The notes beneath the pieces were generated by a model, which saw only the letters and a list, made by a program, of their open reading frames with translations, had not been told where the DNA came from and made no database searches. The position numbers and the translations under genes were made by a program. This document shows, one piece after another, positions 1 to 13,308 of a stretch of DNA of 64,000 bases. Source of the DNA: Octopus bimaculoides (Eukaryota); contig NC_068990.1 in NCBI RefSeq assembly GCF_001194135.2, positions 34,977,341 to 35,041,340 of the forward strand, in the 5' to 3' direction. Each line of letters begins with the position of its first letter. Positions within the stretch are counted from its first letter, which is position 1.

Positions 1-660
1 TATATATATATATATATATATGCGCATATGTCCATATACATAAACGACCATTTGTGAAATATAACATTGCTATATGTGCAGATTTAGATTTGTATTGTAC
101 ACATACAGACATAGACAGAAACTCAAAGATACACACACATGCACACACACACGCGAGCACTCACACACCTACAGATATATATATGCGTATGTATGTACTT
201 ATACAATTGTATATTGAGAAAAGCACATTATCACTATGGAATGAATATATAGACACTCGCTCTCTTGTATTCACATATACGCATAAGCTCATACACACAC
301 ACATATATGTATATGTGTGTGTGTGCGTGTGTTTTGGCATGTGAATATGTAAATATATGCGTATGTATACATATAGAAATACATATGCATACATATATAT
401 TCATGTGTTTATGCATCAATACATATGTGTGTGTGTGTGTGTGTGGGTGGGTGTGTGTATGCATGTGTGTATGCTGTATCAGAAGAAAAGTGAACACAAG
501 CACGCACATATATATATAGAATTACACACACATACACACTCATATAAATATATTCCCCATCAATATTTCAAACGTATACACGCACATATGCCCATACACA
601 CATACGCAGACTCACACATATATACACAAAGACTCATAAATACATACACGAATGAATTAA
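1..660. repeat. Degenerate (TA)n/(CA)n/(TG)n dinucleotide microsatellite field
   Basis: Seen directly: near-continuous alternating purine-pyrimidine repeats. All ORFs here are HT/YI/CV-repeat translations. Confidence 0.95.
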
Positions 661-1589
661 TGAACATTACTGAATTATTGTCTCCCACAAAAGAGAATCA
701 TTAAACTTTAATGTGTTTGCTTTGTTTGCCACGTGACCAATTTATTGGCAAGGCGTCATCGGAGCGATAAAGTATTTGAGCGAAATTCAGACAAGCGTTA
801 TAGATCTTTTCTGCAGTGATGGAACTTTGAATGAAGTGGAATATAAATATCTTTTATGGTTCGCAGAACGCAATAGTAGGGATGACTTGCCAATGTTCAA
901 CAGTGATCCTAGAATTAAATATTGAGCAATTGCTGCTAGTGCAACCTACAAATTGTCCCAAATGCCTCGATCCACTTCTGTAAGGAAATTGAATTCAATT
1001 GNNNNNNNNNNNNNNNNNNNNNNNNNNNNNNNNNNNNNNNNNNNNNNNNNNNNNNNNNNNNNNNNNNNNNNNNNNNNNNNNNNNNNNNNNNNNNNNNNNN
1101 NNNNNNNNNNNNNNNNNNNNNNNNNNNNNNNNNNNNNNNNNNNNNNNNNNNNNNNNNNNNNNNNNNNNNNNNNNNNNNNNNNNNNNNNNNNNNNNNNNNN
1201 NNNNNNNNNNNNNNNNNNNNNNNNNNNNNNNNNNNNNNNNNNNNNNNNNNNNNNNNNNNNNNNNNNNNNNNNNNNNNNNNNNNNNNNNNNNNNNNNTATA
1301 TATATATATTTGTATATATATACACACGCACACACGCACTCCCCCACCATATATATATATATACATATATACTGTGTGGTATGATTTTCAACAAGTAGTA
1401 TAACACTCGATCTGTTAAGAGAGTAAAGATATTATAGTAATTATTGTAAAACCTTGTGAAATGCTACCAAGGATTTCCGGTCGAAATATTAATTTATTTC
1501 GTCATTTACAAAGCTGGTAAAAACAAGATGGTTTAGTAATCATTGGTATAGAAATTTATTTAAGGCTATAGAGAAATATTTAAAAGATT

Positions 1590-2560
1590 CAATGCTAAAG
1601 GAGTTGCTGGGTTCGAAGATCGTTCGATGTGGAACCTTGTTTTCTCTTCAGGTGTCCAGTATACCTTGAGGGCAGCTGATGTGAAAAGGTTAAAGAATTT
1701 TCAGGTGCTTGTAGTATAACACCTTAGTTTCCACACCATATAATTGAGCGGATAAAACCATGCACCAAATTTCGTGGGAATGTTAAGAACCTTGTTGGAG
1801 AACAATGGTCCGAAAACGGCTGAAAACTGCAGATGACTTCTATATTTGGCATTGGACCTTCTCATCAATAAAGCAGTTGGGAGACAGGAATGACTCGAAG
1901 TAGATGATCCACGACTCAATGTTATGAGTTTCGCCGCTAAGAGAGTGAACAAGACACGGTAGACGGAGACAGTATTGATGTTTTAATTATGCTTACTTTG
2001 TGTTAACTTCCAGACCGAGTCTTTGATAAACGTTCACAGCGACGTTCACGACACGCTGCACGGACTTTTGATCGGGAGTTTGAAGGTCGAGCCTTTAGCG
2101 CACTGGAGGTCAAACATCATGGTAGTCTGATTCGTCGTTTCGTATTTGAATCGTCAGAGATTAAAATCACTGCTATCCAGAAGGTAGTTGATGGTGAATT
2201 CATTGTTAGGATCGAGTTCGGCCTGTGTGAAAAGTGTAACGGCCCTGACAAGGCGTTTGAAAAATCCAGATCAAATACGCAACCCTGTTTCACGTCGATG
2301 CCGACATAAAAATAGTCTGGTTCCCGATCGCCGATGACCACACCTGCTTTCGTTCCCTCATGAAACTGTCGGATGAGTCACAGTGGACACCCAGACTCCT
2401 ACAGAAGACTGCATGGTAGCTTGTGATTTACAGCGTCAAATCCCTTCGAGAGGTCGACGAAAATTAAGCAGAGATCAGTGCAGTTCTCGACAGTTCTCTT
2501 GAATCTGGCGTGCAACAAAGATCATTTCACTGGTACCTCGATTCTATACAGCTTGGTATC
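1590..2560 (-). pseudogene. RTE-clade LINE reverse transcriptase relic (many stops and frameshifts)
   Basis: Minus-strand pieces in canonical RTE RT order: RGTSEMIFVARQIQENCRE, IFVDLSKGFDAVNH, LIRQFHEG, VGIDVKQGCV, decayed LQYADD (LQCAKG), LGLEVNTK, LYGVET and FHISC..IL. Motif order matches known RTE ORF2. Confidence 0.85.
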
Positions 2561-3289
2561 GAATAGAATTACACTTCTGGCATTAAATACAGCAAATAGG
2601 TGTAGTGCCACTAATAGTATAAAGTATTGCAGGCGTATATTCAGAATGAGAGTCGCTCTCTAAAATGGTGCTTATAATCGCAGTGAACCTTTTTGTATTT
2701 ATTCTTAAGTTATTGACTTTAATGAAACCAGGGGTAATATTTTGGCGTAGAGCTTCTTTGTTTACAACCTAAAATTTCATGCTAAGGGACAAATGATATA
2801 ACGAAGTGTCTTAATTTGGTTAAGGAATTTTCAAGGTATTTAAGGATAGATTGAAGCCAAAATAAATGTTCCTATTTGTTTGAAAAGAGGGAAAGACACG
2901 AGCCAGTTAAACCAATTCCGTGTGAAATGGTAACTTTAATTGTAGAAAGTAGCTGTATAGAATGAAGGTAAAGCAAGCTCTCTCAGTAATAAAGGATCCA
3001 ATGCCAAATTTAGTTTGAGCCCATATGGTGACACTAAAAAGGCTGTTTCAAACGACCCTAAATCATTTGTAGTAACCAGTCACTTTTCTTCTATTTACTG
3101 CTAGATTAAAGGATTCAAACAGGGACAGTGTGACAGTTGCGTTGCACAGGTGTTTGTTACTATAATATTTATTGCGTACGTACATTTTGCTGAAGTAAAA
3201 CTCAAATTTCTTGGAGTTACTGTCGGATATAATTTTGTTGCATCGGTCAGGATAACACGCGCGTTGGTTACAATGAACTATCGGTTCAG

Positions 3290-3490
3290 CAAGGCCAGCA
3301 AGTTCGTGGGAAGGCTTAAGTAGATTAAATCGACCCCAGTGCTCGATTAGTACGAATTTTATCGAGCCGGACAGATTAAAGGCAAAATAAAACTCGATGG
3401 AATTTGAACTCCGGAATTTGAACGTATATAAGGGCGAAATGTCGCTAAGCATTTTCTCCGAGGTACAAACATTTCTACCACACCGGCGCC
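3290..3490 (-). mobile_element. Decayed SINE (family B; same family as 32651-32865)
   Basis: Reverse-complement similarity to 32651-32865 (atcgaccccagtgc...ttttatcga...aaaggcaaa...gaatttgaactc...gctaagcatttt). Confidence 0.7.
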
Positions 3491-4553
3491 TGCGAGGCAA
3501 TGGAATATCATCACTTCTATAGTTTTATACCCTATATGGGGAAAGCAGAACCTGTTGTATATAGAGGAACAGTCACGATCTGCCGATCAGCCGCTTTGTT
3601 AGGTCCTCCTGAAATGCACTGTGGGAGGTAAGGTTTTCGTCTTACTAGCATTATAATAATGTATAGCAGGGAGCTACCACGTCTTAAAAGATTATAAGGC
3701 GGGTAGGCAGCATTTAGCCATATACAATTGTGAATCAACATTCATTATGTAGATGTGTGCGTTTGTGTGTTTGTGTGCGTTTGTGTGTTTGTGCGCGTCT
3801 ATGTATGCCTCTGTACATATATGTATTACTCGGTCTCTCTTTCTCTCTCTATACATATATTTGTACATATATGCGTGTATGTATATGTAAATGTGTAAAT
3901 GATTATGTACATATTTATATATATGTATGTATGTATATATATATATATATATNNNNNNNNNNNNNNNNNNNNNNNNNNNNNNNNNNNNNNNNNNNNNNNN
4001 NNNNNNNNNNNNNNNNNNNNNNNNNNNNNNNNNNNNNNNNNNNNNNNNNNNNNNNNNNNNNNNNNNNNNNNNNNNNNNNNNNNNNNNNNNNNNNNNNNNN
4101 NNNNNNNNNNNNNNNNNNNNNNNNNNNNNNNNNNNNNNNNNNNNNNNNNNNNNNNNNNNNNNNNNNNNNNNNNNNNNNNNNNNNNNNNNNNNNNNNNNNN
4201 NNNNNNNNNNNNNNNNNNNNNNNNNNNNNNNNNNNNNNNNNNNNNNNNNNNNNNNNNNNNNNNNNNNNNNNNNNNNNNNNNNNNNNNNNNNTGAAAGTTA
4301 CACATACACACCTATTACAAACACGTTTCATCAGGTCGTTACCCAAAAGAACACGAAATATATAAGAATTAGAATCACCAGGAAATGTTTTGTATCGACC
4401 AAAGTGTATAAATTTAGATTTAATTGGAATATGAAACAGAGATTGTTAGAAGAAAGCGGAAAGAACATAGGCACACACATAGATGTACGACCACAGAGTA
4501 ATATAAACAAAGGCACATCTAGATACACTCGCACACGTACCAACACAAAGACG

Positions 4554-4616
<63 letters not shown>

Positions 4617-4688
4617 GTGCATCTATATATATATATATTTATACATTCATATATATGAGTGCGGGCTTTTGTGTGTGAGTGTATGTTA

Positions 4689-4719
<31 letters not shown>

Positions 4720-5226
4720 TATGTATATATATGTGTGTATTTATGTATGTACAGGAAACACATGCAACCGCACATAAAGTTACATAGACATATAGCGTCT
4801 CATACATAGTTTTGGCTACACTCATATGTACGTACACACACAGGCAAGCAGAGGAAAAAACAACAGAAACACACTCGAAGGCATACAGACATATACATTC
4901 AAAATATACTCACCCACCCATATACACGTACATACACACAAACAATATGGAGGGTGAGTAAAATTGGTGACTTAGGCCTAAAATATCTCAATAAACTAAT
5001 ATTTCTGGGTAAATTCCGCTAGAGGCATTACAGTAAATTTATCACTTTTAGACTGCCATTACGTTGTCTTTTAACAGAATGTTTACTGTTTACCGTTTAC
5101 TTCTAGTTTTCTTGGTTATTTTTAATCATTCTATTTTATCACATTTGTCTTTCTCCTTTTTCATGATTTCATTATATAAAATATACATATATTAACCAAT
5201 ATCGCCAATTCTGGAAATTCATTATT

Positions 5227-5278
<52 letters not shown>

Positions 5279-5471
5279 AATCATGTAGTCTCTTATTTCT
5301 CCCCCCTCTCTCTCTTTCTCTCTCACTCTCCCTTTCTTTCTTCCTCTTTCACTCCTTCTCTTTAATACGCACACGTCACGTTCACAAATTCGTGTGAGTA
5401 AACTAATTGAATTAAGAAAATAAGTTAAGGAAAGCATTCATGAAAATAATATGTCTGAATGACTGTTTATG

Positions 5472-5526
<55 letters not shown>

Positions 5527-7144
5527 TGTCTGTCTGTATGTATGTATGTATGCATGTATGTGTTGTTTTTTTATTTATGTATACATGTATGTACGTATAT
5601 AATACCGTATTAAATATAAAACTCTTCTTGTTTAATAGTTTTTATTAAATATTTTCAACAATGTTTCCTTATTTGCTCATTATATTCACTAAAACCATTA
5701 ATCCATTAACGTTTCAAAATTTTCGAGGCCCCAATAGATTGAGCAACACTCTATAGCGTCCTGTTGCCTTTTACGGTGACCATCTATGGAAAGTATTTGA
5801 TCAAGGTTTTCTATCAAGGTATAATGACCCTCTTTATTTCCACCAGCTTCGGAGATCCTTAATTGAGAATTTATTGAGGCTGTGATATTCAGAAATTTTC
5901 CTGTTAATTGGTAATGAAAGTCAGGTTATATTATTGAAATTTGAAAACTAGTAACTAGTACCATGTGGTTGTAGTAAACCTGGCAATAAGTGGCCATGTA
6001 GTGATGCTAAGTTTGGCGCTGGGGCACATGTAAAAGCACACAAAACCACATAATTATAATACATTATCAAAACGTACACATTATTATAGTATATCGAGTA
6101 GATGTGTTTCTATAGCAATGAACTACATTACTTATAAATACATTTTTCGAAATCAATGTTCTCTGGGAAAGTTGCTCATTAATGACCTGATTGGCGCTCA
6201 ATCACTGAAACTAAACTTGGATGTTGTCAAACTTCCAAATCGAGTGTCTATTACAAAAGTGCCAAAACTACATTGCTGACCATGCAAATCAATCTCACAA
6301 AAATGTATTGACCTATATAGTATTATTCATAGATCAAATTTAAATACAGACATCAAAATTTATATTATCTTCTTTTAACTCTTTCGTAGAATCGAAAGAT
6401 ATAGCTGTAGGTTTCTTTGTAACTAAGTCAAAAGTGAAAAAAAATCACAAAGAATATACAGTATCTGAAATTCTGTTCACGATTCATATTCTAATGCCAT
6501 GTCGCATATTAGGCACGCTCTCCGAAAAATGATACACATTGTCAATGAAGATCTGAATAAACTAACGTTGATACCGTTAGTCTTCAGAAGAACATACCAG
6601 AGATGAAGTTCCTCAGATGCCATACCATGTTGGTGGTCTACAAAGTATTTGTGCTGCCATCTTAGGCGTATGTAGGTGAGACGTGAACGGTTAACATAAT
6701 ACTTACCAAACGGGTATGGTCGATGGGTTACACTTGAACTACTTGTGAAAAATACAGCGCGTTCATTGCTAAAACAAAAACCCGAAGTGGGAAATTTGAA
6801 ATGCAATATAATTCTCAGCATCCTCTCTCCTGTCAATGAAGATCACTGCGTTTCTGGTCTGCTTCCCTTAAAATAATGGAGAATGAAAACCTACCGAAAT
6901 GTCGAGTCATCAGGAAGTTAATCGAATGTGAAACGTTCGTTTAGTTCACAACGTTACTTTGAAAATTCCATTGATTTTCTCTAAAATATCGGTAACCTTC
7001 TATAGTCCTGGGGAGATTTGCACTCACCCCAATTAAAACCAACTAATGTAGACGTAGAAACTTTTTGTCTAAGTGAAATTGTATAGCATCAATGTGACGA
7101 CAAATATTGCTAGACGATTCTTCGCACAATGCTGCACCAGATCC

Positions 7145-7350
<206 letters not shown>

Positions 7351-7353
7351 ATG

Positions 7354-7528
7354 CAGTATCTCACAGAAGTATGGACACCTCTAGAGTTTTTCAGTAAGTG
7401 GATAAAATATTGAATATAGCAAATTTCCTTTAGGGTGTACATATTTTGTAACGCTTAAAAATTAATATTTCGTTCATATCTTTGAGAATCTTTATCGTTT
7501 TGTGTTCCAAATTTTATAATATTTACGT
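7354..7528. mobile_element. Tc1 outer terminus joined directly to a copy of the opposite inner TIR (internally deleted derivative; runs into gap)
   Basis: Begins cagtatctcacagaagtatggacacc, a Tc1-type terminus. 7397-7528 matches 9041-9173 in direct orientation with only 2 differences. Confidence 0.7.
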
Positions 7529-7761
7529 NNNNNNNNNNNNNNNNNNNNNNNNNNNNNNNNNNNNNNNNNNNNNNNNNNNNNNNNNNNNNNNNNNNNNNNN
7601 NNNNNNNNNNNNNNNNNNNNNNNNNNNNNNNNNNNNNNNNNNNNNNNNNNNNNNNNNNNNNNNNNNNNNNNNNNNNNNNNNNNNNNNNNNNNNNNNNNNN
7701 NNNNNNNNNNNNNNNNNNNNNNNNNNNNNNNNNNNNNNNNNNNNNNNNNNNNNNNNNNNNN

Positions 7762-9179
7762 CATGCAAATATATTATACATGCAAATATTATACTAATTT
7801 GGAACATTTTCAAAGATATGAATGGAATATTAATTTTCAAACGTTACAAAAATATATATACCCTAAATAATTATTTGCTATATTCAATATTTGGTGTGAC
7901 CGCCCTTGTTTGCAATGAATGCATTAAGTCCTCTGGGCATAGAGTCGACTAAATTTCCGCATATAACCGATGAAATCGACCTCCATTCATCATGATTAAT
8001 GTATTTCAACTGCGTTACATAGCAGAGTTTTTTCTCCTCAATCTTCCTTTTCAAAATACTCTACAGATGTTCTATTAGGCTTAAATCGGGTGACATGGTA
8101 GGCCAAGGCATTACATTTACCTGTTTATCTGATAAAAACTTAGTCGTCATCTTTGAAGTGTGATTAGGGTCATTATTTTGTTGGAACATGGAATGTCTTC
8201 CCAGTTCCTTGATACTGTTCAGCATTGTTTTCTGAAATATCTCACCATAAATCCTTGAACCCATTGTTCTCTCAATAAATGTGAGTCCCCCACACCAACT
8301 GCACCCATCCATCCCCAAAGCATAAAACTTATACCACAGTGTTTTCCGCTAAAAACAGTGAATTTGTCGCTATTATATTCGCAATAATCATTTAATACCA
8401 TCTGACCTAAACAAATTGATTTTAGTCTCACCAGAAAAAAGAATTTTATTCGAAAACTCCTTCTCCTTCTCACATAAGTTTCGGCAAAAGAAAGACGATT
8501 TGTTTCATGCCTGGTGGTGAGGAGAGGCTTCCAACGAGGAAAGCGTCCTTGAAGACCACACCGGTTCAAACTTCGGTGAACTGTTTAGGTGGATACACTT
8601 TTTCCACTAACAGAAGGCATTCCTTAGGCCAAAGATAAAGTAGTGCGTTACTTGTCGTCTATCATGCAACGTTGAAGGTGACGAATGTCACACGCAGTTA
8701 AAAGAGAAGGACGATCTGGATGATGGTTATTACTTTGCCGTCCTGTAGGGTTGTACTTCTGAATTACTTTGGCAACCGTGTTTACGTTAATATGTATTCG
8801 TTTGCTAATTAACTTGAATCTTAAAACTATTCTTGTTCAAATTAAAAATAATTTTCTTCAAATCTTCAGACAATTGTTTTCCTTTTGGTGCCATTTTAAT
8901 CACAATGAAGACGATCTTCACCACGGTACACAAATCAGAATTCCTGCAGATGCAATAAAAATGACCGGTGCAAAAATGCGAGCAGAAATAATTTATTAGA
9001 ATTGAAATTATCAGCAATATCTGAATTTAGTAAAAAAAAAAGTGGATAAAATATTGAATATAGCAAATTTCCTTTAGGGTGTACATATTTTTGTAACGCT
9101 TAAAAATAAATATTTCGTTCATATCTTTGAGAATCTTTATCGTTTTGTGTTCCAAATTTTATAATATTTACGTGTAAAT
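7762..9179 (-). mobile_element. Tc1-family (DD34E) DNA transposon; full-length but inactivated transposase at 8894->7884; long TIRs with outer ends in gaps
   Basis: Starts MAPKGKQLSEDLKKIIF (ATG at 8894) and ends IANKGGHTKY* (TGA at 7884). Motifs SGETKINLFRSDG (first D>G), KHCGIS.M.WG, FQQNNDPNH (second D>N) and SPDLSLIEHL give 34-residue D-E spacing. 7762-7890 is a diverged inverted copy of 9048-9179. Confidence 0.92.
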
Positions 9180-9405
9180 NNNNNNNNNNNNNNNNNNNNN
9201 NNNNNNNNNNNNNNNNNNNNNNNNNNNNNNNNNNNNNNNNNNNNNNNNNNNNNNNNNNNNNNNNNNNNNNNNNNNNNNNNNNNNNNNNNNNNNNNNNNNN
9301 NNNNNNNNNNNNNNNNNNNNNNNNNNNNNNNNNNNNNNNNNNNNNNNNNNNNNNNNNNNNNNNNNNNNNNNNNNNNNNNNNNNNNNNNNNNNNNNNNNNN
9401 NNNTG

Positions 9406-9438
<33 letters not shown>

Positions 9439-11744
9439 ATATATATATACACACCCACATACATACATACATACATATATGCAAACATACACAAACACTC
9501 TGACATGCGAACACACACTCTCAAACACAAACACATACACGCAGTCACACACACATGCTTATGGGCATATACCACTGGTATGATTGTAAGATACAGAAAA
9601 AATTGATATTGCAACAGACTAACATCTAAAATCACGAAGATCTCCTTGTTTGTTGATTGGCCGTCCGCACAATTTCCCACACAAATGTGTGTCTCCTTAT
9701 ATGAAGCGAACTCGTTGTTTCATCGCACACAAAAGAAAGCAATCATTCAACTACAGCTGGTTTATATGTTTGCCTCATGGAGTTCTTGACCATACCAAAC
9801 CAAATGACTTCTGTAGCAATTTCTTAATTTGACAGCTTACTTTAATAATTCATCAGTACTTTTGGTATGCGAACAATACACGTAAATTACAAGCAATATT
9901 ATTAGACAGCAAATTAAATATTATAAAAAGAATATAAAGAAAATAAAATTGTTCTTGCGGAATTATTATGACTTGCAAGTGTCAACTTTAAAAATTATAA
10001 TGAATCAATATGAGAAGGTAAATGCTTAAGTCTAGTAATGCAGCTCAAATAAAAAAAAAATATGAGGAACAGTTAAAGTTTGATAAATCTGAGTGTTACT
10101 TGCTGCTCTTCCAAGCAAATCATGTTGAATTTATTCAATCACTTGAAAAAATATGTTGAGGAAGTCACTGAGCTGTTGTTGCTTCTATTACTTAGTTTGA
10201 AATGGTTAATAAATAATCCGATATCATTAGCATTCGAATAATAGGTATCCCGATGTCTTCATTGGAATCTTTGGCACAACTGAAGAGTATCATATAAATA
10301 AAAAAAAAAATATGCACGATATCTATGAATGTCGGTTTCTTTAGAAACAGTTATCTAATAGTTTTATTTCAAAAGTAGAGAAACTATATTACTCTACAAA
10401 GCAGCAATAAATCGCTGACTTTGTTATTAAGAGCAGATGTCACTAATACTCCTAGAGAAAGATGTTACAAAATCTATTCACTCTGACTATTATTTATAAA
10501 TTACACAGAAAAGTATAAGCTACACCAGATTTCTTACTTAATAATTTGTTGAGCATTCATGCTTCGCTGACAAACTTACTTTCTAAAGAATGATTTCGAA
10601 TATAATCCAATTACGGTTTATGTCAACGCTCCTGTCCACTCTTCAAGACTTGGTTGTGTCTGAATGGGTGCAGCTATTAATTATCCGTTTCATTTCATAA
10701 AATAGTTTCAGTAATACTGCCTATCGACAAGCAGTTCTTTTTATTTTAAAAGCACATTATCTTTGAGTAACTTTTTCACTTGATCAGGAAGTATGACGAT
10801 GACACTAAGTAGTTTCTCAAAGAAATGTTGAAAAAAAGCAATAAAATATATTGAAGATCGATGTGAAAATATTAAACATGTATACCTCATTCGCATGTGG
10901 TGAAGAAAGTGTTTACAAATGCAGATAAGAAAAAAACATAAGATAATGATTGAACGGTACTGATGAGAAATAGCTTCTACAAATGATAGAAATCTACAAA
11001 GAACCTGATAGTGTGAATACTCAGGACATTTTGTATGTTAATAACGGGAGACTCAATATGAAACACGTTAAGGAGTTAACAAAAATAATGATGATAGACA
11101 CAGTGATGAAGAAAATACATCATATCTGGCTTTGCTTTAGCACTTTTGTGAAATAACGTACAGTTCATAACAATAAACAGAGAATTATATAAATTGGGAA
11201 CAAAAAACAAAAACTAAAAGAAGTAGAGATCTGTCTTATAGTACCGAGTTCTTATAGGAACAAATTAGAGGTTCATATGAAAAACAGAAAAGTAGCTAAA
11301 TTTCATGAGTTTCTTTTATAAAATGAAAGCATTGATGCCATATGTATTTTTTGTTAGTTTGTTGGTTTGTTTCATACTTTTAGCTCCTTGCATAAACTTA
11401 AGAAAGTTTTTATGGATTGAATGAATTACGTGTAATTTTGTTTAAAGGAGTATTTTTCTATATAGTGTTGATATCTATTGAGACTGACTTAAATATAATT
11501 GTGTTCAAAAGGAATTTTGTATTCTTTTATTTTTTATTTGTTTCAGTCATTTGGCTGCGGCCATGCTGGAGCACCAAGAGCAATATAAACACGTTGTATT
11601 TTAAAGAAGCATTTTTTCTCTTAATTACTAAAAGATGTTATCTGAAAACAAAAGCAAGAAAAAATGTCTGAGCTCCACGTGATAAAGGAACGAAATAAAA
11701 CTGCAAAATAAATTGCATTAACCGATGCACAGGTGTATACATAA

Positions 11745-11782
<38 letters not shown>

Positions 11783-11789
11783 CCATGAT

Positions 11790-11975
11790 ATATTACTAGC
11801 CACTACACATTCTTTATTTTCTCTCCTTGTTTCTTTCTGTATTCCTTTCTGTGAAAGAGCGTAAGCTCGAAACGTTCAAGACTTTTTCACTTCCCGAGCG
11901 TTAAACTAATACAATACATCTGTTTGTTGTCTACACCACCTGCCTTCGTCATTTGTTTCTTTTTTGTGAATTCTC
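11790..11975 (+). mobile_element. Short (TA)n-flanked element resembling a Penelope-like retroelement end (pseudo-LTR)
   Basis: About 190 bp bounded by (TA)n on both sides. Contains gagc-gtaa-gctc-gaaacgt, the hammerhead-like signature known from Penelope-like element pLTRs. Family call is inference. Confidence 0.5.
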
Positions 11976-11981
11976 CCTATA

Positions 11982-12039
<58 letters not shown>

Positions 12040-12052
12040 ACTATATATACAT

Positions 12053-12165
12053 ACGACGAGGTTTCAAGACGACGAGGTTTCAAGTTGATCCGATCAACAG
12101 AACAGCCTTCTCATGAAATTTACCTGCAAGTAGCCGAGCAATTCACAGACACGCGTACCTTTAAG
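12053..12165 (-). mobile_element. 3' fragment of the same retroposon family as 44662-44972, with a 16-bp tandem duplication
   Basis: Reverse-complement match to 44850-44945 (gacgagg...gttgatccgatcaac...tgaaattt...gcaagtagccgagca...acagacacgcgtacc). acgacgaggtttcaag occurs twice (12053-12084). Confidence 0.75.
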
Positions 12166-12942
12166 TAATTTAGGATAAGGTGGGATATATAATACCAGTT
12201 ACTAAAATGAAAGCTGTTGCTCCAAAAACCACCGTAAAAGTTACGATAAAGATACACACGAGCAATGCAATGAACATTTCAGAAACAGGATTACTAGTTC
12301 TTTGAATACAAAGATAAGTAATACATATTTCAATACCAATTGATTTCACACTTTGCATGACAAACATGCTTTGCTATCTTCAGTTGAAAACAGCATTTAA
12401 CATTTATTTCTAAAATATTCACTACATTAGTTCTTGTGCGTTCCTTACTTTAAACGTCTGGTTCCGTTTCAAAGAAACTCTCGTAAGCAATAAAAATTTA
12501 AATAAAGTCGTATTATTACCGTTATTTCCAGTAATGATAGGGTGGCTACCAATTTCAGACCTTTACAGGCACAATATGAAGTAAGTTAAGATAAGGTACA
12601 GGTAAGGAACGAGATAAAAAGACGAGGGGAGAAAAAGAGGGAATGAGAAGTGTTAACAACGTGCGGTTGGGTGATTGAAGGAATACCTATTATGTGCTTA
12701 AAAAATTAGCTGAAGGGAAAGATAGATAGAGAGAGAGAAAGATGAATTGGGGAGGCAGTCATATTGAGAGAGCGAGAGAGGGAGAGAGATAGGCAAAGAG
12801 CGGTGGTGTTGATGTTGGTGATGGTGGTGTGTTGATAGTGAAAAGTATTTTTTTAACTAATTTTATTTATAGCGACCATCGCATACGCATACGCGTAAGT
12901 GCAATTATTTATCGTCTGCTCGCTTAAAAAAATGATTCTCTC

Positions 12943-13308
12943 TCTTTTACTCTTTTACTCGACCCCAGGACTTATTCTTTGTAAGCCTAGTACTTCTTCT
13001 ATCGTACTCTTTTTTTCCGAACCGCTAAGTTACGGGGACGTGAACATACCAGCATCGGCTGTCAAGCGATGGTTAGGGTGGCAAACACAGACACACAAAC
13101 ACACATACATACATACATACATATACATATACATATACATATATACGACGGGCTTCTTTCAGTTTCCGTCTACCAAATCCACTCACAAGGCTTTGGTCGG
13201 CCCGTGGATACAGTAGAAGACACTTGCCCAAGTTGCCACGCAGTGGGACTGAACCCGGAACTATGTGGTTGGTAAGAAAGCTACTTACCACACAGCCATT
13301 CCTGCGCC
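12943..13308 (-). mobile_element. tRNA-derived SINE (family A; octopus OK/OR-type), near full length with a deletion in the tail
   Basis: Minus strand has a tRNA-like head with A box and B box (ggttcagtccc), a CORE-like ttgggcaagtgtctt, a central TA/CA microsatellite and an (aagagta)n-type tail. Matches copies at 28150 and 37984. Exact family name not determined. Confidence 0.9.

Noticed and set aside
54-704. ORFs rich in HT/YI/CV/IYLS repeats here and throughout the window
   Set aside because: Translations of di- and tetranucleotide microsatellites; no domain content.
752-945. About 62-codon stop-free plus frame (PIYWQGVIGAIKYLSEIQ...)
   Set aside because: No start, no consistent splice pair and no motif I can identify.
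6477-6836. 119-aa minus-strand ORF
   Set aside because: No recognisable domain. Faint Penelope-RT-like scraps in shifting frames (VSPTYA, FIDNV) hint at an ancient retroelement but are too weak to call.
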